A stretch of 64,000 nt of DNA, taken from assembly GCA_028717245.1 (NCBI GenBank), contig JAQUOD010000002.1, positions 76,772 to 140,771 of the forward strand, in the 5' to 3' direction. The notes under the pieces are model-generated. The model worked only from the letters and a program-made list of their open reading frames with translations. It was not told the origin of the DNA and ran no database searches. Positions 63,301-64,000 of this stretch are shown here, one piece after another (positions within the stretch are counted from its first letter, which is position 1; every line of letters starts with the position of its first letter). The position numbers and the translations under genes were made by a program. Source of the stretch: Candidatus Omnitrophota bacterium (lineage in GTDB: Bacteria > Omnitrophota > Gorgyraeia > Gygaellales > Profunditerraquicolaceae).

Positions 63301-64000
63301 GCTGATATTCTGCAGAAGCTTGAGATAGCTGCAAGAATATTCTATACCGATAAGGCTCAATGGAAGTATCTGATGCATAATTCATATCTGGCAAGCGCAA
63401 AGGTTACAGCCATAGCGATGGAACAAAGATACGCTAGAGATGTGTATAGGCTTGCGCTTAAAAATAGGGAAGATGTATTAAGGAGCCAGAATCCCGCTAA
63501 TAAACCTGATAGCACCTACCCCGGCACCGAAAAAACAGAAGACGTCGGCCTTCCTAATGCTGAGGTAACAGTTGCTTTGGAAGGCAAGAAAGTGAAAGAT
63601 TGGAAGTTATCTATGCCGGAAGGTATTGAGTCAGAATTAGAAGGAAGAATCAAAGCTAAGGCAGATGGGCTTCATAGAGAGTTAATCGCCTGGCTTGCCC
63701 AAACAGAGCATGCCCCACCTTCGGGAATCTATAAATTTCTTCTTTCCTACATAGTTACCTCTCCAGAAAAAGACTTACCTCCTGATGAAACCCTCCTTGG
63801 CAAAGTAGAAATAGCCGATAAAATAATCCACATTGCCTACGCTACCTTAAATAAACCGCAAGCTGTTATTATCTTTGACTTCTTCCGCCACGAAATCCTC
63901 GGCCATATTGCCAAGAATACAGAAGATGAAGGGCTCGCCTGCCAGCCGAGTGAGATTTATTTTAGTACCCATCCGGATGAGCTCTCAAGATTTTTAGAGG
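1..64000 (+). CDS. Internal fragment of one giant multidomain protein gene (frame +1; partial at both ends; more than 21,333 codons in the window)
   Basis: Frame +1 has no stop codon in any region read codon-by-codon (most of 1-37.7 kb, plus spot checks to 64 kb). The ORF track has no complete frame +1 ORF and only ORFs of 208 aa or less in other frames. Recognisable protein domains follow each other in the same frame. Confidence 0.9.
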   Translation, partial: MKVVGQPSTETSQPAETTTSPADTGTKEQQPAQAPVPVEPETPTSAPTAVPASTPTAEEPAPTLAPAATEQPGEQEEAEVKVEGEKAPAAAPVEAKQAEEKAAEAQAEKDFEAVEKLYEEKNYADAIEAYTRIIKLAEQMSKQSGWWVTKYAYFGRGMCYVKLEQTARARDDFLMSIKNGNDAWSSIMLLKFKDASLLNETIDKILEVKVNEKDDVYALSSQAYCLLDYARRTKGTARQAQLLNKAGECFKATVGRWKEVKYEEHEETTEKNIKEIESELAKLTGNRDGSNGPAAPKDASANGLPRPLVNIAVKLSQLLAGKNIRDWAWRLTDEDLNRIQTAATLLKDKGCIKDEEEAMGIRFIRAPPSWLLKILWRIISAVNYVDAQGIIYIILPGNAPSYKIAHEIWAVLNDTKYHTENPIKLGKDNSAQPQATKKATTPDPSAAPAQVTPTRHNILLFGAIILAAAVFGGLNVSFAYASAKAGQTGEGIALVIIIPLVIIGFRYCLPYIIRNWQRQRKQKLSRRLGNYRDKSGEAAVIKEIEGIAEYKNPDDLKKVNALIALLYCGTPDIQQAAAQALGELKSDKKAIKRAMRVLSKIAWNSGMDSKTNNAAEKAYFKLADEMDLIEKIKAAIDGNKEAKEEAIEAIYNKADGINKELIVHSQAVYVDFYGWVEHLIRNGHSKSLYMVITAQRGELKEIKSLVNKIIAIQGRFERIEQRHGALSEEELDDLDIAGSWFYAADINELRKCLKIFKDFTKRNGNIPLIDALKKIAMVAMRTLFQPRGERVKIGSRTPEDIVDMKTRSLRMPREEADALIIRGRVIGVKDVCCELPAMRETPDMAEVAGNVPGGDYKITNAGSGCSILKTIEVTSCLILAIYDDKNHVGLLAQFPYFYSIEETLEKMLSDLKEKGADRNNLKVRISVGYTWWNTLYRGMLSEPIKSSYNGFDNYLAQYFDPRGAGIDRELIAAFIDKRIPVEIIWHPAEARSIAFDTKTGKLYNLRAPIGRGRSFSGLAGIALLFVAALAVVDLIVRVPGLESPILLGMAFGIGPTGPFGKKYPYFGSVREPARQILLKLTYNDLPDNVKKIFEAMYSEGDISKGALEVWVERTFGKFQAEQKLREALEVLKDLTPERLEALGIARSGNGIPQIGSLAGRAFFNERLDLDRDMLEALNALEIVSNRDVLPDSQYAHLANISLVHLIILYKVYRNKVYRRGLGLSEKDNNFIDFIYKVYRGRAETEKIRKLFQNLTLQDLQELSKYTNPEDRLNTIQHKLKEMINKLKNDCPTEGERIEMIKGLLEGLPAGQEPMLRILNEDCERLAKAAPLYPYLIKAICDHYSRKFGKHWLLLFVARDAGSYFETIDQMVKVGLIDAIFSIIYVSGANYPEARNAFYQGIKTKEEFERELENNPELRSEVERLIQQMKDLKILNYEQLVIMDSWGTGATPLFMKLTMEHCLAELGRRMKVKPIINAEILEVKLKEINSKGEKVSPNTESRINVTTLLELLDDEKLDKELVAKLENSINAVAAEYKLWPVEPGFLPGKPEGILFSYLRAMLTYNSIIEYMNSSKGPDDSATTNGKNNAPMGGFDPARTDGLDRLPAEKTEEARAKLRGIINDYVRNSKDEIFGLKEIESDAQSKLKVIGILKQGGYRDIAKILRHSLVARAPPGFGLIKAIQDFEKEYGVIVYAVNIPANLSPVKQNIIVIINQAEEELTPSIAHEAASLKGLSDEECKAFEDKYTRLENRYLKAENSALRNEVMVDGLTRSFNRRYFDLSLSTEIKEALRYKYPLSLLICDIDNFKRVNDSYGHQAGDSVLQELSGLIKNAVRASDIVCRYGGEEFVIILPHTSEEKAAVAAEKIRKIVKMYRFNALADGIKIGLTVSIGVVSLGDCVSTEEHLIKSADAALYYSKAQGRNQVTRYSRMPRAVDSACEADNNDSYKVLEMGAGYGYSLLQLRELHPEWEITGIDKDSLVIEVAKESCGEKIENMDATSTSFADGTFDLVIINYPLDTNTVLNGFLKEACRVLKVDGRVEIVTEAPRFGNHFSVEQANILLSENGFRKIKIGPRPADYPKSNFDYLDLDPTGKFHPINPFLIAGYKKSFAPVPGLNMPPAQETGENALAQLFLNRLYTAAKEKSGVRAMAMVDTYLKLYLYDSVPVVALPGSFTLELFKGKATQEQLEQIKAVKEILSIPEISALTGHDKNKENEFLTKYVYAHFASLKIGKKQSILSILPFIGATLQGAVIQGTAYSSNILSSPIFWGLVVAVGLTGALVYMVRNWGKVKDVLIRSPPALKKAVSVFAAALIFIAIPALTFTCTPQSATPPIIPPAQEQPVIPLTEEPVNIKIAPGDVVAEELIKTTIANLSSLPTRYIGTPENIGTAIFIKDLLKTYGYKDAKNTNNEPYYLYKELESGIPLYVAAVIPGKVNGAKNIILSAHFDAFYAGADDNASGVAALLEISRLLTNTHPDSAIYVVFTNAEEFDGLGVNSFIKDMVEEERVEPANSIVLDVDSIGQSHLSIEDNNGENREPRIWITSVDAPNQIEPVSLYYDTSLPYKLYVDSNKMQPLSGESNACVFAYYGFPAVTISGISRSQAQEVKIFHTTKDAYGRVSTEAVNSITSWLLEVVSKRSGLSEEIKSAESVLIYSDLKVETSDYTDNLSISCNKSGFDFMNLGDFVVSERGYSMVSEWTEFLKKRFPTYGEYLKGIKYGYIRGQWGVSGNTVAHADTNGGIIEVGFPLEPYPMRNGLFVSSPYGGHYFSPEVVITHELGHLILEKKFGIDKGQPASVGVSSKIEDLGYSIPYVNQLDELIVTDLAYKLLYGRIPTEGYFTGKIFESKDYGSKINWESVKIDLSSTEEAREAFLKYLFNEIGVDQDTDLLKEPDLSISRYIPFLPVGTVISGGIIVKPEDVKDAGPFFPNSLLPTVIPQMLLPVAGAINQRNKRLVQKGKVTILRSIIVVLVGLGVGLGAWLSAAFFGPSAPVNAAELQAAVTPAEASSSNILSSPIFWIGAGIAGLMAAYRLGILKKAWQVVHRALSPPALKKAFLGFIALVLISISVSISSCSCKPESTPTPPAAIEKSAPPISTSIAPAPTAQAPISQKDILAITNWLKANVSTTTGLPFSFQIPEDKKKEVYSRMGEANSVKGIIERMIVNEGLEVYDGACWGILLTASGDNKNLELAFIPINTYWNGSLGQLQTIRAGFAGKNTDQPFIYDINSPTSVSASLADKGKRGFIFRIIDANGKYNTADPLDGKTYLQGFPTWPTIHWEDWKPIAGENAWISMQAAQYHNVKHDAVSLQLAEELARTAILLQAENGGIRMAPIGTWHEQGSEFYYYEISTENNHSWYSAFRMLYQITGKDIYKKAMEGIERYFKSVWDPETNTFYQGAHYTNGRWVLNKSDFAEDCQSWGIDVLGPQKIDSWFGEGASYKMWKKTKELSGYYQGNKLLGVGYTAEHDQLSVEWTNGGIFATRELATYYQNTHPDWAKECAADAQSMRDGVETLKQESNGKTGYSYSLKREYIPFGWYSHEPSVLSTTSTAWVGFVDLGYNPFYLGGKSGVVPATAQLPAATAKATLTPTPTPTSAPITPQQQVKKALEVDLGNLQYYSGTGWASCAVDVVNIDASGYDTLRIKASGKAGDKFIVQLLDSSMHDDSSSGISSTKALSGSSQEVNIPLSEFRGVNLKSVRRIAIHYGRSAWGSALNPQGADIGLNGITFISTRTAGLLPVAPTTASLPSVPLATIPLNMLLALAVGLIQIKKRNSKIKGSNVGLLKKSAKESLQGKSNFIGDLAIKAYLTKGCLSGLNRRAAIGIPVALMLAVIPAIMQNIEVRAQSGTLQITPPSNPQYASGTNWAARWVDVGNINVSEYSVLRLNLSGNVGNNFIAQLLNTSITDDNSSVGKSPVYTLTVASQDIDIPLSAFAGANLSSIRRITVHFGATAWGNYLNPQNTNIIVNRIAFVDTIAPAISIVASSNITSSSAVITWTTNEPADSQVEYGTGTSYGSTTSLDAALVTSHSVTLTGLAPGTTYHYCVKSKDAAGNLAPGTDNTFVTPAAPTPTPTPTPTPTPTPTPTPTPTPTPTPTPTPTPTPTPTPTPTPTPTPSKIKGVTLSTVPKGKTDKDLILDLASVGEANIKLMSQAGINTVRTYYPPSGDLLDAFARYNIKVIIGFPKDDLRNILEQYKADIKGGKYKDYINQYKNHPAVLIWELGNEYNLHPEWFGGDLNNWWSMLKDATTVIHSIDPNHRVSTTLGYANLSSDIPQVVAAGVDVIGLNYYAGGDNYSAAVTELRALTNKPIYFSEGGTDSYNNSINKESQAEQAQAVVNIWNSIKDADVLGITFMTWQDEWWKSGNPAAQDMGGWPTLAAYDNFINDEWLGWKTIDKIRKLVLNEIAKLWTGAPLPAAPVVSPIVLSGITTGSAVITWETDGPADAQVEYGIDTSYGSATTLDVALAINHSVTLAGLASGTTYHYRVKSKDAAGNLFTSNDYVFSTLAPPAPPSGGGGGGGGVAPINANKPPVIKDIPPLNLTLGHRRLPINLKDYVSDDTTPDSDLIYNFNPADLDPDVNATLTGPILTISAPPTWEGPTSLDITVTDTGKASASYTLTIKGKANKAPGVIKPIPQLNFFTDRRKDSRDLKDYFFDETIVSPLTYRLDKSSLNPDVNATLTGSILTISALPKWGGTTYLNITASDTELDTTYKLTITGEANNPPVIRTMPPIAVFAVGNKWPGINLEQYVSDKNTAASKLSYEIINPQRIDSRLNATIDGSHILHISTSANWKGTSSVTLRIGDGELSTDCTLNVSVNTEIPAPTPTPNPILQPVVDLWQNTWVKVTVAVVGVAVVFSIILAFLMRIRKQGGNVTALGSMIAGLSFIAAGVLAGLFIPVVGLIVGGLLGAAGAFFIAQAMAIVYAFVKQGGIRGQPRYKYLTTPIAQPTYRHLAFKYLPIIFRISINRHERTHFKHKSEIRAYLNQALYLIPDAIKSTKESIKESAKEALKGKPTFIGNLALRIALTEDYLPRFSRREVIAIPVVAVIIAGAAIPAIVQTVEAKEESEVVVFVLDSGEYFDWQDAVTVILKDESKNIPVEDTMNKVHGSIVTKIIKDACSGAKIIYKNVGVIRPSIYMPNEKKFIIPGFTVSVVKYLTELIDILDYVKVHPQEKILVNMSFGNYEYDPLEYAVIETLAEKGVIFVAAAGNDDTDEPMYPAAYEEVISVAAAGDKSKAEYSNYGETVDIMARGKFEAEILPGMGITFGFAGTSMAAPRVTGLLASMLMENPEISAQEAKGIILKTADPMSDPLYKKGMLGAGIIDSDEALYETSEIVFFRRYPSGVIKSWVAQGNSIYSVFLSPDGTKLALVYKDKNIEIIDFASGNVKVTNERADYASPIAFLPQGETLFFISNKSVKIMDLATEEVRTMDVPRGYISDIAFSPDGNKLALRLGIEDKIDILDLATAKLETIAIPSSIISIVFSPDGANLVTSCYNGSIYVYDLNAGKVKELIGYEDTFDLVFSMAFSRDGTKLALGHGTGNITVLDLNAITAKVLKGHIDSINTIAFSADGAKLVSGSVDKTIRIWDFNKEETETIRDTNEILAVFLSSDGNTLISATGKNVRAWDYKNIKASIDKFNYSERPFSFLERSYILSWWEGLIFSVSSWWEGLSLGIQVLIVSIGLIILLVIIDELNNRNSEKNVSARGSLMAGMAAWVATGIILTIPFIWSMIPMVVILPVVLSLFSFGAIFIYKGIRIWLTKAEASRAPPTKKQLEELKKRIGTGYNLTLLPHDGRTAIAYVNNKRVHIDLSRFYYLSTLIQKSILAHEQAHLRGHGEIIAYFNQALYFITNIIKDIKWLRKAYDTLSKIRIRIPWQIPIISSFITLFVYGLFVFCKGVLGVILYNLEISFINVYANLSYSTVIRELTLIDVGRAIKSIGSLLAPVTATVNFLFPFAMAGIVILMVVTFIAKCQDIYIGLPKAHVFHKAQKPLVNLYLSLEGENLENKVQEEIKDLREQVENKQISLGEVYWRVANICEGALKERDRVKKDAQKEGKAGAASTFENWNETQIKAIEQIWQDIQGAEEGNISNISKLAYELIMSGGKTELAFFILTLWYVAKSYLGLDKIIYTSCNENAVEADFEALKKAFEIININVNKRLKEKADERDLNEYAADAITFVPYQVFSIDWERHSMDTNPVINTAKTALLGLEFDALFDDLFTPQILLGDPIGPSDISDTQHKEVIKEAVYSYAEIQRIYSFVKGELECGRDFIVRQYADKDAEAESEGARFETHYIEITEEGLDLIFKKLGNDNRYVALVKGCLDAMYLYHQGIHYVTKADGLQLIHTPTGQIFENRQLQDINVWFALYVKEGLFQDNLTSENMRIVLSSYSETKDYSNLFSLLDAMGLVWGLSGTLEQALLEQFGYSVKIIDGQEIEKARRGATKEEPALLYAGKNFAIGKVIFEAKKRADKKERVVIYVEDVESAEELEKRFRELGIIANCLTQEMSPKQISEVVKNVAGRKEEITIITSSSSRNTNFKLILDEDHGESEDSESAIFNFLILGGRDVWRWQRQLLARIPRLTGYNEGIYHFDPARIKKFYYLEQSLFQKYPSVAEELKKTLRGREKLELDSFSHEARCADSLIESIMDMATTDYNQQLAEQRIVEKPLTVLRNEFITRRNELDDDSQKLLDEAWRLFLAKVEDLRILLSVPSASKEATIGYWAVQLQEAFDNTVMKAYRGEELEKEKPVEIVEDIYGREVVPGRLGRWLKECVIEALRGRPNLIGKLVVRLYILYKNFAAGLKRMVPSLSWSTAGTTGIAVVIVISAVASTGTQNVYAQSNNKVKVEGYQLLVDGKPYQIKGITYSPAGKGTQGGQFSQWYEKDIPLMQAAGINTIRTYGIITDKNVLKAFADAGIKVIVGFDNAKDIATGNYKGYITEHKDDPAILMWEFGNEYNYHPEWFSGNIDTWYNALEQAAQAAHKLDPNHPVSTAHGEVPGKDIVQKVPSVDVWGMNIYRGQSIQSALSQWASLCDELGITKPMYVSETGTDSFNNSKDAIDEEAQAEATENLWSQIDGSSSIHNSKNPSLGVTFMEWNDEWWKSGSPSTQDKGGFAFSVASDSFGNEEYWGFVDIDRKPRLVLTEMGNLWKVKEAVTPEPQVSPTPARAPPVTPTPTPTVTSTPSPTITAETPSPTPTTAVIPEKTTGIKEEISTWDKILDTFREIFSWGNAVTQTYNGAEFAPAPTSTPTPTIKPTPTPTPKPTLTVGEVIGQKDVKGLQYPVTLETVIAIEKAKQVYIARQKALDDPNIWAYIEKDNDNNDYPDELIILNKAAYNELLENKKLNQEAITTKEGGLPIYYKITLKDTGEEVHFTPVGAEEEFTQAASALEITKAANESWLNFDTYPAYITQDTNGDRRPDIAIKLTKKDLQYLINNGLLFSEPINDAQGKLLYYKVTLRYNATLPAGDALKAGSEVHSTTDKALMEFLSDDLKESQTSIQNFLNTLAGDRAAIINFLNTLANDKALMQNFLNALANDKVLMQNFLNTLANDKAIMEAFAATLANDKVAIMSFIDAANNGVTDTQRLLQDARAGVGAAQAKITDAQTEMAKYADTTNPENYSMYQYWNMVTYIRTAGGAIIRAGNNVSIVDINGSVIYANPFDYRMYVSEGTSYEPGLNGANCYVTLMQKGGYIERVSQYQIAYHEVSGGAVNLIGYGGFSGGTLNVGESVAMTGVDVAKAFLNYMTKGGNMKVMNDKVVALNIFGMGTVYAPAGLKVVAYPDNTAGLEGINNMIDAMNNDYSFEVQGDLVKWTVLNVVSGKVSTFSVPVSATIDAAHTFPKTGGLGAVNNIITAMNNNYSFVVGADNVKWVSVDPATGKVSIFYTAKTAADASHQFPSSGGLGAIDNIAVALQNSYGMHIVGDSVRWVVVDVNTGNIIATFYTVNVPAANVDAAHQYPSSGGLAALDKLPIALQNSYAMDISGDVVRWRVVDVGSGNLVASFYTAATSVVSSNPLPSSGGLAAIDRIPSALQGSYTITPLGGDSVRWTLWDMKTGYANSFFFTASIYSGDSAHQFPRSGGLAVINNLLYALENTYVREDLVDASDSFKSKSKWTVVYSPTGQVDEFYTPMSSTETEPKHQIPAFGGLGRASTVIDISRSTYTKEELPDPAQVASRDKTKWTVKDKATGDVSSVFYTVKINEESLLIREAHFIGWGYEIKDGIVTKIFQTASDIPKDINRLADGTNIDNENENVIEYGLKAAQFNYDRAEKMRDNSLEAREALRTWGYWTVKDPAADIKDLEDLIVLTPEEILEEIENHKAKLTISGPDEKRRYTANYTVEGKEEKVLIFTPGLKGTEQYIAALEGKDNIFGGYMEVGMDGQKTWVYSLQASRENHATSNPVETTFDEAKITGIFNKVGVPAAQYLDQLKYSSTKEIAYYIPFNNPEDSFVPQGKPETNTYFGGLLIMQVRDGVVTYNIYDGTFDQYGLPHISIGYAVDTGKIKTKTIITGVDVENKTVSKDVIYYNSAEQEGRTEQQTFDVKGRILNQLYGENGVRYGYAGTAGEYGQPSTITTYRIFNGGEIPIPIQEGGLVGADGQINTNGTTLADLKALITSGELAKRGFVFTDEQKKYFLEATGSELFWIYQFNAATTSKDFLRLEIFDGSASVPVAILSDVETSVRKIEKINGEDTIITHWNWDLAHNVSFKGEGRGSSVSELESLGLTPPQIERFNETYGLSNIWVDTITSMDIKTNPVIKYDIYDYAHSNPIVVIYREYAVSGSVISNAYVIFNIYNPESQVIRESTYYDIKTNKKLLSDVLGEEITPDKLTKILEDNKVDLSEAREDNFADKLGKPGELSNLITYLDKLPLRVYNRTVYQNDNEFTTILVYDGIQKEPRLFIGSDNVEITYPKGVYQVPASAVGLDIARYFSGNYTVHSDMPYVTLDKGKLFMGSKPFEIRAITLSAVPVGGERVNFVFDLYRDEDRVAVEAWKNDNADKLTEANIGKFYTEASNIKGKYYATIPANYNGLNNREIFAIISKDKNTNAISVEYNNGTIKEVWIAGLKGKGINTVRTYVVASEDLLAAFRKYGISVIQGIPYFDDRQPGTPIFDANGKLLNPIAGPDIKTGTYIPYIEAHKDNPNTPEKEYPEIIGDEYGNEYNYHPEYFAADAEEASKASGVKIKPLDFYYQALEKAAQITHQKDPNRLVFSTYGYDGVPSTKDDFGLVTRQVPSVNIWGLNVYHWDNPSGAVEEAIAASGKPIYISETGADSWNQYTGKEDLAAQARAVENIWKSLLDDLDDEDNLKKNVLGAAFMTAFDEFWKGGAPDRQTTAGAVFDVYPDTFGNEAHFGWWRADGTPKQEVIDAVTRMWANRSKGYVPTVAIDANSQRAPPEEISPEYLKPQDNETPTLSPSAVLTYYKNPQPLPAFQPSLGVITYMLGESPDWENIQIFDPLTDTLTSFPLAGLKLTKFGTYTQDGQLVNFTYREPLDAFGRVRISASLDLKDVYLITKFQDVNVYQPEEARLLQLLDKEGVKLLNLPDEKEKELLQLLDENKQVYIIAKRMDSKESAKVTDIYNFSDAQKADIKGVIAQIKNKPVESLTENDLTLVKTESNIDGEIFYEYAVPGDTLGGSVIIDRANTIFITKQFISLTRIPYEGYFIDKAPGGEPILELKNTDDKDVEHGLGMDDEQRFYRVRYTNLKTGKVWYRWQYPSHIWGGYAYEETGRFVELEQAYSYVDNLGQTVDVTQRWVPETRTWVDEWSTIKDEPAKTRFVYVVNGRELPADNIQTDGVKLMKDIITRDMEDAYRKESNNRDLWEDMKLSAIGEIDQAQRDALGDWEKDNSNVFTSVNLGKIYNIPDNYKNRGNKAFQIIIGITPDTKLTQVKKTPILWQGSTDTEIQATEKTGPVSYFYTLPSDPLGRGLLIVVPTGENTSKIILNMWWVKNSAPLTVLSKSITLKPGGIEIATFESKVILNGNEVYKYSIKNGNYKLAEYYIPTRMDVPYAEEWQIKHGPLDFLLGIPDTKIIYFDTKVPYPSPVYSKADNRVEDIEKLQKIIFLEDGSQIQVFDSENLWPSWVVGDNKWEEKIIVYDKYGRTGTLSPEAEKKLVKKPVASGNNAPLPFLSNGLTLGIIWGALFVILTIIAPSFYFVHLYKRYKERRKRSGLKKFTDDISKKAYERLQSKVLGVGKASMPGGALADNVLAGKGEFEIAFHPEIVHLYSYVYEFLANNYIREDSPEGREILEKLDTFIKGLAKYYASEIARGAIEIQPSGKDEWKVKIVGLPNVEASPKYSLIGPADAEINDKVKYYISKFIKGLEGNLDNRDKFIKIIKEDFAKDGFEFKHFKETLRKDGFTYLPIREEIIEELGLDVGEAGRGALRGDIGLDEVSRASGDPARKEIIERKLLEAGILKKIDKEKMKEVLKKLAGEYSALTLMGIYNPKIKKYFIDAPSNVRLACILSPIIGIASYLLLHVLGVPIPLFVYLVAAFGVYPILLNIVMAIGLYIITRSPKATFLSLFPVSLRRFSGIAKGTKALHPFATEIVAYLPHFVGTGILISWIFSGYNISSLAFLPPILSSLPLTAVTIGISAILLFSIVFGITKFHSGRYFGIIEMIIRSVFSFSFLALGVLILLSPVSLTGQWFLRNIVGILFLVEAWGWAAWSQSLIGLSLYYHFRPTTGFGRLRTVILVSLQIVLFYALSLWMSGFTASYFIGHIQAGIFFRATLAQLVLFNTAYLMYSGIWFLLQSLASVIRPTRGPAKIDPAEIEKFKASGDYILTNYVGPFFHGARRASDIEDAPDGKKGKLTETMDALNWLIDNRVPTILELVKEVKSKCGPSFTDEEAKEKIKELLHSLLTKYIPIWRVMAKVADKTLTSDEELALRIYREIVMKTGIDNTDTALNILEKALVLREAGFGKNLLLVLTDNKFDLHQDLPEDLKVRGPFQACKEYCELFERISGGKAYYTYIGTPFTFKSLAMNGIFTLPYDIITKIKYLHIIDRNANNLNLDLFVKDIKRLISNNIVGMVGYRDTTSYVMPAGDGSRLVEQGHGNSLLGWNDFTATGWENNQRVFLGDILTTPSNGSSLYPLIPFNCNAPYASEDIAALWEAASNAIALDEEPRPALTESTGHKFRESFSTAEWDKAPPRWSGRINQILESYYMQRISDFGPLPLSERLAIRNERRFYVSNPFGLINILIIPLAIIFDFMPFVGLSALFLVTGILFNQILTFNGLFNTCRSTGFSKIRAFFGVAFGLMAGWFIFQLPLIGWPFSLLTFGVIGFFLGGWLIGFSIWLSQRIRDIFLFATRYGIEVVSQVLSYKGSDFQFITSKAANYTNYRLWEKVQTVKPLTTYLICYALGITFTLLNFLALSLGMDLTNVLALFISLVFTTSLFAGGFLMENKPGKSGWKDGWGWLDALGKYVGIIVAIGIMIASYFLKEAKIIPSFSVFTGTFFVFIGTLGIVGIFIALRCCLVNLVESKHIQNHRTSQRILWNIVNYALMTFICLIWFMAIPTPDYFTLILPSGSVWEVPFITVIQYIGGVIGVIILLKIAEYIVSRWEFAQIQKELAEIKRNMPPSLMPVIQPLLCQIDIFLDKKGFGDARRTMNTIYVIFDSMVDAFVSLIPDNQKNSPRILELRNKGITRKQAHIVKGFHIYILSNELIQGVPENVQGLVKKIIADLGTEREDLKNLLLATQDEAQIIQKISHIELLINILNAAVAVHRLLFGLPFEVNNQANTVITDLNTALERLKTERGPDNTKAIIKQIDFLKEILDVFVQTLKFVTGLTTGTRAQGNDVIQNLRDLLSRLNTERNPDNIKAIKGQIEFLKDILTTFDNVNKAIAGLSPEIRKEADKFINEQLMPTLSQLNSERNSDRVTAIRKMITDDLLKTLSDYFVQANKLINSLPVETRNNLARVIEDLNNTLNQLNLERNSDRVKAIKQQIVLLMDILNAVVNTPEFLQRIRFGFICTVASQIITELETTYKQLNAESDPDKIPKISRRIYFLRSLLDTILSAREFIAELPEGVRNQGTDVINDLNSQLSSLNTERDKDKVKNIKSNIDLLKDILNTFTSTHQLLATLPRSVRRQATQVIADLNTQLDTLNTQRNNPEAINKAKTEISRLKDLATTLKEGLSFISALPPDVQTRGTGIITDLNIQLNTLNTKRNNPEAINKAKTEISRLKDLLTTFKEGISFIAALPPDVRQTRGAGIITDLNIQLNTLNTKRNNPEAINIAREKISRLKNLLTNLKEELRSGQNVDKAKESPKPAAAKEGEATGKPAGAATSTATEGEPAGTVPGQGAATGANNAGTTGTTQGPTINQQAAADLEAELSEILRDSLAGAQPHAPPIVNIKKGNKLEIILGTPKLTKQQQKEIRRLIIDKVIQIQLQDEQGRFVSVAPANITLRFASIHFEFKLNKLPPATYQAVKLIFEGYEYVHRFIPPLFIGKATKEPSQPVDSTGKSTEQPTDTSDKSKPAEIKQQAPFIAELFKNIITVAIIFITSPLLFLALLFIALVSLEAFNTVTDIVIAIPWNIFTALANKTKHTPKPPKDPSDSISSLQDKRSPEDIQNYRARVAKARKEGRLFNITQDNIIQQAADLLRGKVVLLPGGFETLDISDALSSKQIFWISEPARGPPDAFAEGNEIYVFLHEGQLTAIELAGDLLHEAVELHLIKNGVEPKQACEFATEIHKNFADQNQKPQAPNSGNKEKFDGVDISIKKMQEVVRGVFSSGWEIGRIIVSAFIPEQAKVLEESIGPKVFPQTKAKAPTFIKGNPDPEGGRGNGMATIAAGRAAFKEMIEEIKLARSKYSLLELIRHASEITHSGSTINEAIVGSSMVLHSGGEAKRNHAHGPAGGGKINAVLPGGRLYEMLSVIMVNLAGMAGDYPLFGNIFGDALICFDPDNIGGMVREALERGDSVLLLRKISYLEAPKYGVAVLDNEGRIVKFVEKPGDHFKFSGADLEKPENRKKLLDYLKEIGVLMRGTEDSKEPLVLMNPAFMLNGLYDILAMLYLAGLINKEGNLEIDQNGKINLQADSVLERACVYKIPIDTYGDLIPAKTAGRGEYIAARIGGTVRRIADKGVAKEEAKQKAEQFWSDIHAAMNGEVFAEKFSRGRLVGIPIDSYWGDTGAKDTELNMLLGEGNEGNLVAKANEFPSRRDAQVAGHLGEGGRVYESEVYAQGQQESFKLPEQAVVCDAYLGEDVRLYMQNRSMIINVGAKSGIISVFGNWRFYYDWTKFDPVGVVEYNEDNPNQDAWASESLSLFMVRAYEHYKEKEQINVGLAKFLELIFGKDLLQPDKARIYPNPEKMEKTQYDEIIEWLRRHEISPPPEAWLKALGSDKLVTQDKTREEERINLGKEELVDWIAAVAKTNNFGLGKIWDINTYTAKLYPEVPRGEVGREDTKDNRINWQEFDATMRWLQTQIEEPPVAWLRLLLNNKLHSMGENSAQADQEAVFEHLIGGGKKSGNNQPQATGPTLPIEDAKQKIEQKNQGPASSSSLQGKHSSQDIQDYRARVTKAKSEGRLFNITQDNIAQQAADLLRGKVVLLPGGLRTLDILDVLAAKQIFWISEPQRGPPDGFAEGNEIYLFLHQDDLAALELAACLLHEVIELHLIKNGIEPKQACAFAAQICEKFIEDVRNARGSIKLQPTASSSRRGRLSHDDHLRVNAEIEVAQMEFRGCLLSGTIDGWQMPFCQQDPQLYYTARELTQGLVAKLPQVLGQIDIYEILKAANVILVVNRNRSPGDIDDHIGEKRNSIYILVHSEEEFLNLAAPELAAILAHGAIELATKEHALKKGIAWDDIADEAHLEAQAFEESNREILSHRYNRMLMKIDMQAAFKEGWRIKRIFQTAFNKIQAAMYASQINPEDYPRDTKVIPVADPETYRRGARVRGNGIANLGIIRALAEELIKELNLAPGTYNLIDLLGNSLTVGLHGGGQSSRNPKYTQIGKFNGYLPIKSLNKNLPATLQEELLVPAAVLSQIYPENMPAYINTYGDALITFNPGMVKQIISSSPEMVNGMMVFVRKVPARESPCWGTASVASNLRIVQFIEKPLGDTGEVVNGIIRVNKEKFVIDEDLDKAKDILRNKYKVLVDDEYILMNTAFAVLGPLALVRWAILAGIDVDIDGKFTVIEQGKVPYNKNSFYDKALTYGANVDTFGDLVPPMSENVNILEFIFRGNVKQIEDAKKKFNASSLSILEDIQTRLHGLREGFNGKTISLNELGQELEKLAKSLEKRFTEAQEVNDIQALDTCLSNVTQILMRQILAEVLRHPGAGSNLWAIPIEGDWLDTGRTIEESQIILGQGQANKELGLIFGFEQSIASKSNVTSHSYASIIEAGPDSHIAPDSIQIASYLNGRIQLDSESQAHMVNWRGDLHLYPQVVMSEAPILHKDKGEDRSKDKSWIVHLLWSLQDGETNKITTHMNRSLEEWLSALGIDMNKIWAPGAAHMLTTARIFPGLSQQVLEQGKPIDNLDRELYESMYEIWGFLQGHTSPAPEAWKKALEQERLFSMTDVYNEPATELLQQRRQKLIEELKQKIDQENSGIASSSSQIPLGWLYDAIEDEYYNPANPTIRGKIVNGEFGVYGGGLPSQDWLHIRQNAKEGFKLPTSVYLSIYDQEQKNAFKEYFKVYNWPNNTIFDEGTIVIDEKVPAEVKQRLPKIVVKGNGLGILSVIRADINRLAKEWNLADGDYSLETLLRQHKPHSVVVTAGGQAQRNPKYTQIGKILATLPIESKSKGQPSYILESLLDISINIEHNYQDSFMFAVIYGDSLITFNPEQMQEYFAQHSAVKEGLSCLFLKMGYKECERYGFGKLAEGSLKVEVFIEKYDDFQKRYSLQKASTPDEMKEQLKGKGALVDGECILMNPAFSVIGIKAFLGYTQLAGIVDQQGTMTIESGEVKYTTDNYLDKVLNGREGESVDIDNFGKIVPSFATQTQDTPITRILKDCQGLLYAVPVEGVWFDTGGIKQERDISLQDAAYSEIISTYGLRPSINSALTVAGQRISKDYSYNCRIEAERGNIHPKSLQINSVVRASEIILEEDSQLYNVLLENIPSLRLYKDYIFIEAAAKINDRDFIVPIVWNQATDDVKKDSFAGKKLQEWAQDYGMRIQNQGSLFTARLFPGISPMLLEEGRATDDLDRELLNDLPQILEFLQQKIKSPPESYKRALAERRVASFEDTYKNPASKIFVERRKKIRQATQIPLGWVYDKVRDDYYNPANPSIRGKIVNGEFGVYGGGLPAKEVVFTDGNKINWQAPVIIAHGMKNIEQAKEAMAQGAKILEIDTQLTKDGRLVAWWGKVNTKDGERFVYELTKEEIDGILGIKTLDVEELFKLVSGKGVGLLLDTKDWARDIPGYTDTFINKLAEIITAYHMEGYIFSSSFGDYPTLLKKIVPKVLAGIGIHNSEKTVKVLDRYIKNAKLSGCSVVGAYGKELTDELIDKIHNEGLLVVTGWADLDGKLISKVDLIWADDYRGAARAIGSGRINNALELQNIPLELEALLTNLKDLGAFLDNAGARLQIAGYSIDPQIPICIETFSLVILGYLAGQLFRARQDSDTIAYLYMLSYLRSLPIEKRRPVVEELGALGNKLFREVNLDLDEVIINNPSLKDLVLLRDRVVSRTRALRIAVETAGLNMEDLELITGHTDLLKVALGLRPAARIENNYTREELERLKTLLNVFDHIEGAAINIISLVDGSLYAYDEYQTKLTAFNLDNHKKSALSLTNEGVEHLIRLHMAKARGEFYALAAQASAIDEALINFLISNIALPLLTMHQFDKLTRWDMEKRIWRSAGLGSRFYELERPNVDVVAMATIDRPTAAVNQIETELENWRIFNRRPVFILIDDSGVTRPGRPASPNYNLDTNRKNITCLHDTYGDSFVHLTYENRDSDQQAWALGTLEHLEAKLKAETLEPVFMAILTDNKLLDQNGSINREAFIKYIFGNIFKNISGVRNYTFLKALGYRVMSEDDDAPSETYVVLPEELESIREKREVLREAAMNKLFTEASAIFAQPVTKEKELYALWAKEADQVKLAKLEALENAYFGYSEDGSSGIIPQAMEQVRRYSSHYMDPRYRRTHQRYEGLNRPKAGYDKEGHILYKDMPEYLVAIDDFYYRYRPGRIEKTDGKSMVYPVNIIGSTRDLGKKVKDTNLSVFSNSLRGTVAIPADLQTVMSSQDKIIEYIAYPFINDHDTSGMAQFIQYLLSDTKFWYDLQHTHQSALVVNSIRGYAASTYVIFNRSVFQNFIPGVSIGRELRLEEPPYMLWVKSPIFNGALIVSLGKVAGAQQRQVNERNYCISQQDYTEILGTSARRIYEKAVENFYSYMAKLPANHVLNKEDNHYGRSLLLGQMYIEEAKAFKLTRQETEQLKAERNFRAQMATTLGIQIAQMQNRLLEIQKEALTEQEKALRAQFQDMVAILAQMADYFDLCEVSDRKKWLPKDTQVDYFYRLKIEGNKLFFKKTIAQLMVENIKGIDIATEANWLDDKDWQERDFNQISTQIKDELCDAIRFEVEPGRYVFIEKARLPQDKEEFIAVAAPKGYEDNFIETIEKNIKEYVQKDGEAIALWAILANAAQKNKSSREIDDLLGSNANRAPQDIYREIEDTSVKASLCKEEASLPGLNFGFHGFEISESQVGGIADVLEALPVAVLRAYTTNGKGHAVYRVTPYYRNMKTMTDAIHLKDLEKRVEILIPYQGKSIKVIAYKRMLPSGIVDYLLVSDVFTAPYEKSDVTKPEEALKEVVVFNAAAAMLIVLGETKPDVLFLADWQTCLLFSYLLESISEPRALLRRMVVQAQGSLLSGEELVDKFINSGRAARITPILWINNAVYLGQFKISGKEDFEFKTGLVSQQAFEHARWITPKRPQDVWAVLLKLGAETVNFCGGRPIAVSQDYANDIMGKNLQQGGWPGILNVIFDRIGVPGVMNGASPGWRYICDIKEKQPAKLLLQERLGLEKGIGKKIVFMLGRLATQKGVSLFIDGREQIKELLRAYPDMELFIGGKPETEWVQPLSRIKEELENEFPTRVRIMPGFIPEDLTQLVYKAGDMNLYPSLFEPAGSLYKNALNMIITIVRLTGGLIESAVPIENDKGNAVVFKDYTPEAFIGAWKQALELSQDKERWQRIQASAPATVKTWDTQFIKYAKIMKEARARQHATRVVKDILGYIKSNIETSGPQVAVKPESFLYRLYHSLNRTINGIMKEIEERKINPFVKLNLMKFSEEPKDDRLLEVDREMRVGFFPIAGNPLTWAHILTSLMALELLGLDTVVYRVQGEIRYKELPESDRVPVKERHEMAQRVVNKFYPLLRYTDLGSEPNNEEEGFEEMYRFLKMNSNHRIHLYYLLGVENKERVLRYAKQQYGLQSRHKIDSNHAVTVAWIQRGEYGTNITLEELKETYRKVKEEIGAQQDIDLALVQHPEVDIKVNSGDYRKSHDSTMVPCEIDKDAKAHGYYGYPAVDSGRTGSIVSDPARSKPDKPNTYDLDVPDDTLRFIEVKTEPSPISPNINLPAYQIQRAIRDRAGRDIPLELIREALRKIQLHWMGMPVKNDKIHIFLPKTKLDTDGMSSRDKLGIYIDVEQRAIMVSKYGDKLLQLGLANSFNVEQTKIKDIEVTTPKGDMKWIDFIHQQGLIDNKLKERLCAHSFSLEFDLFIVETSAGNTVECNYVIKDQSIIFYYKGNNIYSQVKGGVPLDELERIRGVIAHIHSHPGKKVWTSIGDAEMFRSLDEYNKSPILHLIIGFGSKKEDYVVKSYRIKPDSILLTIRPSDIGYYFYQEFFGQRKTTTDIERILSEEFNEREESGGSSSKDNRDGSISGTDPASSKSGKEMTDEEVDAEIAQAGPKVREFALADKDNFRIQGEDLRPFISQCHPEFIPLLNEQLADLGHLRAGPFSDLAGAIRNKLFYIDEQILIQPLKLRLVILHELGKLSGRTHQQNLELEAEYLVACVQEQINSQKNAPSQVPALFKITLENPLIIQDGEETIKITYDELQNLKKNLPKVLAEYDVRGKDEYFSRELLVLLGLALGTATFNSHHGKESLKPGDVYLVAGDNGPTTPKMRKYLSMGLRAAGVNVVDLGIIVSGQLYSSIFRLGAQGGLYITRSHVEVGINGFKPIVGKTTLYGDMIQNIGTQIDEGLRVMPEADRGSTITNLTEFTTAIYQAKLFHEFSSLMNTIKNLPLKVAVDFGGGSATWYVDFAKQMLGDKLVKVFRSESDPTCTKGLPDPSRADDKCVGHPKSAGDESILEWSKKNPDVIIFHFDLDTDRCGITIAGTLYKGDILFYPVIDYALTLSAYKEHHKEFYFDARMSPAIAELIQNLGGIAKIHPKGHSKVKATVEKFLQGLAQSLGFASAEELVSKLGIKNHQMEYSLHPFITIENGACIDDALRFMFSWLDAFIQIRQKYNQPNWLLADYLDYLKDNKVISNWYSLNEQRTPMQEEYKKDVMNEMRDAVTKAFKGNNDFEYVLWQDFKVAAKPFTLVDIEGVYYFLTPKGIFYWGWSNTSSKITFGAHSRSQEDLRALVEMMLSVYLNIRNAKTNLKPDSAHIIPQETAALMALFNQKDLVKLEGDILNRYPSVDVALEELRIKSGFSNLILETIEGQLRRTSEMLQISESVAQAAILKSINKTMLLNDFAESVGISTKQAIENMVKAGLAIAKGKDDYDLTGDFHNEDKLKEFIKIQVATSSNPKMVDLTFIRIERIILNSINVNEFIKGLAGDKEQSAVIDVLSKNKLFATLVAVWKLNRAFKSEAKDAIGLKVEDIVDIKTTEFYRENGVEVSFSLPSGTSVKNKEVLATLLEYQAALMQDLAKGQFNYRGTGTRQTVEQFFNDYFMPEWYGVIHKFIRQQFDEQGEPLEAIISNGIGANDQFMWSLVEMYNRNKPAGAPTWYHIVTARDLVKLQHLNPGRTLCMEISRSGSTWEGIEAAIRLLAKGFKKRITLANGGALAAIAKAAGDSALIIGMSPDIGGRNMHRKTTIYYTAQTIMGMFLPEMDSKVFAALHHKFDAANDFANKGSIAVSSGKFLHAAMKLLGVEHISLITNTEQLALIGSEWSQYVMEGSNKEDIISLGAHNLITEPESVLANLAKSPAGKITIAMALLDKASNNYTRDLARVEELKARMPLMLFVIDSSASAFKGLDPKLQAPFDILWTDFITVLTTFLRVDANSNPNVKVVRTLTASYVAKWKETKERYTNDLIGKKATDLLLSFGYPGKEEEQSIGTVEKQKAVNSVEEAKEKGRNLARFLANKGMLTGRNRLNIFFGAEGLVNLAVGLRNYTYSTDLLTKCGWITETGIYPIRAHKGHEATLAYSTDPNRPLLANRSIDIFLNVRRLGDEAYYNEPFQDVASQYTNVNGANIHQTNDSMTFPNIQRTAQVSPTILFEFNETTPDVQNKIEAFYKAFVDELAKGSLGDTVDGPKLPDNGGANLSSSKTPLATKDAWEKIGAQKRAGVLVSLFFVYSKKSAGIGDFRDKRLVIDWAVLTGNSILQGLPLNDMGANFCPYDSDSSFALDPVYTSLEMLSTGEQIKAKIEKIREMFPVGKPYVDYGIKKAKIQLLWEIYTGNPNLDSSEFRKYREENSYWMDDFALFKVLKDLEGGKPWYEWEEGYKNHDKEALESLRREHTKEITFHMWVQWQLYEQLKEAKKYAESREILLKGDLPLLVSKDSADVWAHPEFFKLEFASGAPMDMYSALGQRWGMPTYNWETIKADNFGYLKEKLKYAQNFYHILRIDHVVGLFRIWSIPYNEPLENQGLNGFFDPCEENKWEGHGKEILSAMLESIEMLLCAEDLGVIPKVCTDTLKEFGIPGNDVQRWAKDWKGTRNFLMPEDYRELSVAMLSTHDTTNWPAWWENEAGTVDENLFIRKCAQQGIDYSSVKEKLFDLGLSRHARLRWLNSVTSSDILADILGKRKEEIADFIEMYENTYQEKEKLWEILKLIGPMREECDSDILRAALKLSLDSNARFCVNTIIDYLYLASDIFKGDPYQYRINTPGTVSEKNWSLVMPIPLEELLEHGINKDIRKMVESSGRRAPQSIKEDNLGLTLIINIHDLGAANVDEARGGLYIDGEKIVTGLEDLIGLFKEIDFPLTFYLWGLLKTSIVSHLVHGLDYPEATKEQDIKAYIEERRDYFGIGNEIEIIEAKAIGGDNRLYLQMKVNGRTLSMAIGYPTKHATYNYAGKEIKHSERFGNFFSLADYSITPYLKDRVEALRGLIKKAQGTKKKVIVDFIPWLSPEVLTDENYHYFKHKKIVSDKTDEEILKEKECFGVVFYPQDNGRVFVYCRTDSQDQLRPNLSAKTEDGRYYWEEYYLNYLKYFIDEFDVDGFRVDMAEELCDESGDYSLLKRALFNAINYASEKNGRKLYFVLEAYANVHRNIFRPWNKELSYYAIKTYYKDVMDNIIKADTLGLQGSLNWVINNLEAARTEAVLITQYDDESLVDSVPDEDKRQQVIKEYIALAKGGYNVIFYLNYLAGFAGCLTPAAGGMRKQSEEGHTYYTHKFATQEEFKTVMELSLPEIIKGSYFYKLMKELPEVERVELEGGRLIIHYSNTFSWIRRNVPELVDKVIVTLSMEGNIPEFEGFDAQDANTKGGMGAHYGDKLEGLFKLGIKAYGIQPGYSKMMKAGRFDDVDYSGIINKGILQRVYDSENKPLVIPVYAWDNNDPNNAYNNPLINVEAWKVIRAGTVDFILKSPIFDILYTDDRVCRFAQEIVFGKAAFQLLKRLNIIPDILHLNEAHTVVAAALLRADDSTFRKTAIVYTNHTIVPAGLEVFYSGQLKTDVDRMMYQIGIPGERHNEFRSRFLSSADVVNFCYAATYFADVINGVSNEHARATEKLFKAMYGKGFDVSVVGVLNGSGNSWKNDKLLSIEKKGMTPAEEELWNIHEEGKALAYTEVEARTGVKLDPRKPALWAVRRIVDYKSQYPMLRFLVGLICAEREARFTRDELKNLMFKFTPDLQIDYNRELTEAVLDYIFQDREYVNGLGMQVVVGGPEYKYMRFWVEEFKRWSEIPELKGRFIYVPDSDTRLLKMQAIGADICINMPRPLEEACGTSDQRTGINGGVNIAIRGAGPVEWITDYNEETREGSGFLLDSYTKLSSEGLVADNALFYRKAPADILQKLEIAARIFYTDKAQWKYLMHNSYLASAKVTAIAMEQRYARDVYRLALKNREDVLRSQNPANKPDSTYPGTEKTEDVGLPNAEVTVALEGKKVKDWKLSMPEGIESELEGRIKAKADGLHRELIAWLAQTEHAPPSGIYKFLLSYIVTSPEKDLPPDETLLGKVEIADKIIHIAYATLNKPQAVIIFDFFRHEILGHIAKNTEDEGLACQPSEIYFSTHPDELSRFLE
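337..552 (+). other. TPR-like helical repeat region ([17 protein letters not shown]...[19 protein letters not shown])
   Basis: Spacing of Ala, Tyr and Gly residues resembles a TPR repeat. Confidence 0.3.
1366..1545 (+). other. Two predicted transmembrane helices ([17 protein letters not shown] ... [13 protein letters not shown]) followed by a basic [10 protein letters not shown] stretch
   Basis: Hydrophobic stretches in frame +1. Confidence 0.5.
5299..5780 (+). other. GGDEF diguanylate-cyclase domain with intact GGEEF motif ([10 protein letters not shown]; GGEEF at 5527-5541)
   Basis: Motifs [29 protein letters not shown] and RYGGEEF are all present. Confidence 0.8.
5836..6200 (+). other. 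Class I SAM-dependent methyltransferase domain ([10 protein letters not shown] motif I; GIDKD; FDLVII; LKVDGRV)
   Basis: Canonical methyltransferase motifs I, post-I, II and III in order. Confidence 0.7.
6760..7010 (+). repeat. Membrane module copy 1 ([13 protein letters not shown]-...[10 protein letters not shown]); its paralog is at 9010-9250
   Basis: A nucleotide block of about 30 nt, ttcgtccaacatccttagcagtcctatttt, is shared with 9018. The minus-strand track ORFs 6843-7130 and 8988-9380 share the peptide AFFKAGGLR. Confidence 0.65.
7081..7910 (+). other. M28-family zinc aminopeptidase-like domain (SAHFDA ... DDNASG ... NAEEFDGLG ... FHTTKD)
   Basis: The His/Asp, Asp, Glu-Glu and His metal-ligand pattern of M28 is present in order. 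Confidence 0.6.
8100..8420 (+). other. Zincin-like metallopeptidase motif region ([17 protein letters not shown]; HELGH at 8323-8337)
   Basis: HExxH motif in frame +1. Confidence 0.4.
9010..9250 (+). repeat. Membrane module copy 2, ending in the lipobox-like stretch [22 protein letters not shown]
   Basis: Same evidence as copy 1. Confidence 0.65.
10800..11215 (+). other. CBM-like beta-sandwich module copy 1 ([13 protein letters not shown]...[22 protein letters not shown])
   Basis: Paralog of the module at 11545-11905 ([13 protein letters not shown]...[22 protein letters not shown]). Confidence 0.4.
11260..11530 (+). other. Junction cassette J1: TM plus KKRNSK anchor, conserved leader [27 protein letters not shown], then RR-containing signal-peptide-like segment ending VRA/QS
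   Basis: Aligns with J2 (14890-15190) and J3 (20290-20515). Confidence 0.5.
11545..11905 (+). other. CBM-like beta-sandwich module copy 2
   Basis: Paralog of the module at 10800-11215. Confidence 0.4.
11915..12195 (+). other. FN3-like (purple-acid-phosphatase N-terminal type) domain copy 1 ([22 protein letters not shown]...[14 protein letters not shown])
   Basis: About 88% nucleotide identity to copy 2 at 13240-13500. Confidence 0.65.
12199..12336 (+). repeat. Perfect (Thr-Pro)x23 dipeptide linker
   Basis: The acg/act/aca cct/ccg/cca hexamer repeats. The antisense track ORF 12120-12428 reads (GV)n. Confidence 0.95.
12337..13220 (+). other. Clan GH-A TIM-barrel glycoside hydrolase domain #1 (GINTVRTY; acid/base WELGNEYN with Glu at 12664-12666; nucleophile FSEGGTDS with Glu at 12931-12933; [10 protein letters not shown])
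   Basis: The GH-A beta4 NE(Y) and beta7 SE(G)G motifs are present. Family (GH5-like or GH72-like) not resolved. Confidence 0.7.
13240..13500 (+). other. FN3-like domain copy 2
   Basis: Paralog of the domain at 11915-12195. Confidence 0.65.
13561..14455 (+). other. Three tandem cadherin-like / He_PIG-type beta-sandwich repeats of about 95 aa (PPVI..IP...dL.DYV.D...NATLTG.ILTISA...W.G.T...ITV.D)
   Basis: Three tandem units. A Gly8 tract at 13513-13560 precedes them. Confidence 0.55.
14515..14775 (+). other. Cluster of 3-4 transmembrane helices ([27 protein letters not shown] ... [26 protein letters not shown])
   Basis: Hydrophobic stretches in frame +1. Confidence 0.5.
14890..15190 (+). other. 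Junction cassette J2: HExxH block ([25 protein letters not shown]; HERTH at 14896-14910), leader [27 protein letters not shown], then SRR plus hydrophobic segment ending VEA/KE
   Basis: Aligns with J1 and J3. The HExxH block recurs at 17473-17550. Confidence 0.5.
15190..15960 (+). other. S8 subtilisin-like serine peptidase domain (Asp in VFVLDSG, His in KVHGSIV, Asn in NMSFGN, Ser in GTSMAAP)
   Basis: The Asp/His/Ser triad motifs occur in canonical order. Confidence 0.75.
16020..16890 (+). other. WD40 / PD40-like beta-propeller repeats ([62 protein letters not shown])
   Basis: Six or more repeated blades. Confidence 0.6.
16950..17270 (+). other. Transmembrane cluster; contains an exact 18-nt direct duplication tcttggtgggaggggcta (SWWEGL x2)
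   Basis: Direct sequence and hydrophobicity. Confidence 0.5.
17610..17920 (+). other. Transmembrane cluster ([22 protein letters not shown] ... [20 protein letters not shown])
   Basis: Hydrophobic stretches in frame +1. Confidence 0.45.
18200..19800 (+). other. Divergent SecA-like / SF2 DEAD-type motor ATPase module (Walker-A-like [24 protein letters not shown]...[14 protein letters not shown]; NBD2-like [24 protein letters not shown]...[22 protein letters not shown]; motif-VI-like [10 protein letters not shown])
   Basis: Residue-by-residue correspondence to the SecA blocks [31 protein letters not shown] and AGR...VTIATNMAGRGTDI / QLRGRSGRQG. The Walker B segment appears degenerate. Confidence 0.4.
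20290..20515 (+). other. Junction cassette J3: leader [21 protein letters not shown], then hydrophobic segment [15 protein letters not shown] ending VYA/QS
   Basis: Aligns with J1 and J2; lies immediately upstream of GH-A domain #2. Confidence 0.45.
20520..21450 (+). other. Clan GH-A glycoside hydrolase domain #2 (GINTIRTY; [15 protein letters not shown] with Glu at 20857-20859; [12 protein letters not shown] with Glu at 21130-21132; [12 protein letters not shown])
   Basis: Paralog of domains #1 and #3. Confidence 0.7.
22489..22698 (+). repeat. 5 tandem in-frame repeats of 42 nt (14 aa: (I/M)[13 protein letters not shown])
   Basis: Direct sequence. The antisense track ORF 22479-22724 shows the repeated peptide [10 protein letters not shown]. 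Confidence 0.85.
23335..24600 (+). repeat. About 7 tandem repeats of about 180 nt (60 aa; consensus [21 protein letters not shown]....[12 protein letters not shown]....FYT); unrecognised family
   Basis: Direct translation. Confidence 0.7.
27190..28090 (+). other. Clan GH-A glycoside hydrolase domain #3 (GINTVRTY; [14 protein letters not shown] with Glu at 27469-27471; [11 protein letters not shown] with Glu at 27790-27792; [10 protein letters not shown])
   Basis: Paralog of #1 and #2. The 17-mer ataaatacagtaaggac is shared with 12454. Confidence 0.65.
31370..32270 (+). other. Polytopic membrane block 1 (about 10 predicted TM helices)
   Basis: Successive hydrophobic stretches of 18-24 aa in frame +1. 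Confidence 0.55.
33560..34660 (+). other. Polytopic membrane block 2 (about 8 predicted TM helices)
   Basis: Read codon-by-codon across 33.5-34.7 kb; hydrophobic helices separated by short loops. Confidence 0.55.
35200..36750 (+). repeat. About 10 tandem alpha-helical repeats of about 60 aa (LP..VR.....VI.DLN.QL..LNTERN.D..KAIK..I..LKDIL); the last three units (36235-36750) are nearly identical in nucleotide sequence
   Basis: Direct translation. The antisense track ORF 36219-36635 contains two copies of the same peptide. Confidence 0.75.
37680..38100 (+). repeat. Conserved module A copy 1 ([37 protein letters not shown]...[25 protein letters not shown]...[21 protein letters not shown]); function unknown
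   Basis: About 93% nucleotide identity to copy 2 at 40510-40920. The frame-2 track ORFs 37616-37804 and 40385-40630 give paralogous peptides. Confidence 0.7.
38330..39700 (+). other. NTP_transferase-like (sugar-1-phosphate nucleotidylyltransferase fold) module B1 ([19 protein letters not shown]; SYWGDTG)
   Basis: The YGV..D..G.I..F.EKP and W.D.G motifs are typical of RmlA/GlgC/GalU-type pyrophosphorylases. Confidence 0.5.
40510..40920 (+). repeat. Module A copy 2 (second half of a tandem segmental duplication of about 2.8 kb)
   Basis: Same evidence as copy 1. Confidence 0.7.
41640..43000 (+). other. NTP_transferase-like module B2 ([17 protein letters not shown]...LPI; [10 protein letters not shown]; FIEKP; GDWLDTG)
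   Basis: Has the GG.G.R...K..LPI, EKP and W.DTG motifs; paralog of B1 and B3. Confidence 0.55.
43930..45100 (+). other. NTP_transferase-like module B3 ([24 protein letters not shown]; [10 protein letters not shown]; GVWFDTGG)
   Basis: Paralog of B1 and B2. Followed by the conserved tail IPLGW(L/V)YD...YYNPANP(T/S)[18 protein letters not shown], which occurs at 43660-43790 and again at 45607-45726. Confidence 0.55.
45766..46440 (+). other. Glycerophosphodiester-phosphodiesterase (GDPD)-like TIM-barrel region (IIAHGM..NIEQ...[15 protein letters not shown])
   Basis: Partial GDPD motif set. The second catalytic His is not evident, so the region may be degenerate. Confidence 0.3.
49852..51420 (+). 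other. GT-B glycosyltransferase, GT5 glycogen/starch-synthase-like domain ([20 protein letters not shown]; [10 protein letters not shown]; [10 protein letters not shown])
   Basis: Matches the GlgA-type N-terminal KTGGLADV..ALP motif and the C-terminal GRL..QKG and PS.FEP.G motifs. Confidence 0.65.
51650..52100 (+). other. Possible HxGH-class (cytidylyltransferase/NadD-like) Rossmann nucleotidyltransferase ([17 protein letters not shown])
   Basis: G.F.G.F.P.H..H-like N-terminal motif with T/A substitutions. Confidence 0.25.
53975..55350 (+). other. Alpha-D-phosphohexomutase (PGM/PMM)-like domain (DVRGK...; active-site loop [18 protein letters not shown]; metal loop [12 protein letters not shown])
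   Basis: TRSHVE sits in place of TASHNP (the Ser is retained) and DLDTDR in place of DGDGDR. Confidence 0.55.
56690..57300 (+). other. SIS-domain, phosphoglucose-isomerase-like region ([17 protein letters not shown]; SPDIGGRNM)
   Basis: Resembles the PGI blocks ISKSGTT.ET and GGRYS. Confidence 0.3.
58300..59750 (+). other. GH77 4-alpha-glucanotransferase (amylomaltase/MalQ-like) domain (SAGIGDFRD; [17 protein letters not shown]; [21 protein letters not shown]; [12 protein letters not shown]; CAEDLGVIP; [12 protein letters not shown])
   Basis: All GH77 signature blocks are present, including the catalytic Asp (RIDH), Glu (AEDLG) and Asp (THD). Confidence 0.8.
60620..61480 (+). other. GH13-like (alpha-amylase family) catalytic region ([13 protein letters not shown] resembles conserved region II with the nucleophile Asp)
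   Basis: Region II motif at 60934-60969; regions I and III are not clearly canonical. Confidence 0.35.
61880..63420 (+). other. GT35 alpha-glucan phosphorylase-like domain ([18 protein letters not shown]; [15 protein letters not shown]; [26 protein letters not shown])
   Basis: Matches the short archaeal/bacterial GT35 blocks YTNHTPVPAGHD and EASGTS.MK. The PLP-binding Lys position aligns with Arg. Confidence 0.6.

Noticed and set aside
1-64000. The absence of stops as a stop-codon-reassignment or genetic-code artefact
   Set aside because: All three stop triplets are absent from frame +1, yet they occur at normal frequency in the other five frames. No known code reassigns all three stops. 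The frame carries dozens of canonical domain motifs.
1-64000. Promoters, RBSs, terminators, tRNA/rRNA, IS elements and integrases
   Set aside because: There is no intergenic space and no start codon context to evaluate. No transposase, integrase or RNA-gene signatures were recognised. Calling regulatory sites inside a continuous ORF would be unsupported.

Overview
The whole 64,000-nt window reads as one uninterrupted sense ORF on the + strand in frame +1 (codon starts at positions congruent to 1 mod 3). I read that frame codon-by-codon over nearly all of 1-37.7 kb and at about 60 further lines spread to 64 kb, and found no TAA, TAG or TGA. The supplied ORF track agrees: it has no complete frame +1 ORF anywhere, and every ORF in the other five frames is short (208 aa or less). 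So the window is an internal fragment, with no start or stop, of a gene longer than 64 kb (more than 21,333 codons). The gene encodes a giant mosaic protein. Motifs recognisable along it include the following. Low-complexity P/T/A/E linkers. Transmembrane clusters. A GGDEF diguanylate cyclase next to a class I SAM methyltransferase. M28-like, HExxH-type and S8 subtilisin-like peptidase domains. WD40-like propeller repeats. FN3-like and cadherin-like (He_PIG/CADG) beta-sandwich modules. CBM-like modules. Three paralogous clan GH-A TIM-barrel glycosidase domains. A divergent SecA-like motor ATPase. Two polytopic membrane blocks. Several in-frame tandem repeat arrays. A C-terminal roughly 26-kb stretch that strings together alpha-glucan (glycogen-type) pathway domains: three NTP_transferase-like modules, GT5 glycogen-synthase-like, phosphohexomutase-like, SIS/PGI-like, GH77 amylomaltase, GH13-like and GT35 phosphorylase-like. 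Three junctions (about 11.3, 15.0 and 20.3 kb) carry a conserved leader followed by a signal-peptide-like hydrophobic segment ending in AxA, as if secreted-protein cassettes had been fused in frame. GC content is low (about 41%) with AGA/AGG Arg and ATA Ile codons. That composition, and the fact that ORFs of this size are reported mainly from Omnitrophota-type candidate phyla, is inference only. There are no rRNA, tRNA, CRISPR or mobile-element genes and no intergenic space in which to call promoters or terminators. Domain calls come from motif recognition by eye, not from database searches.
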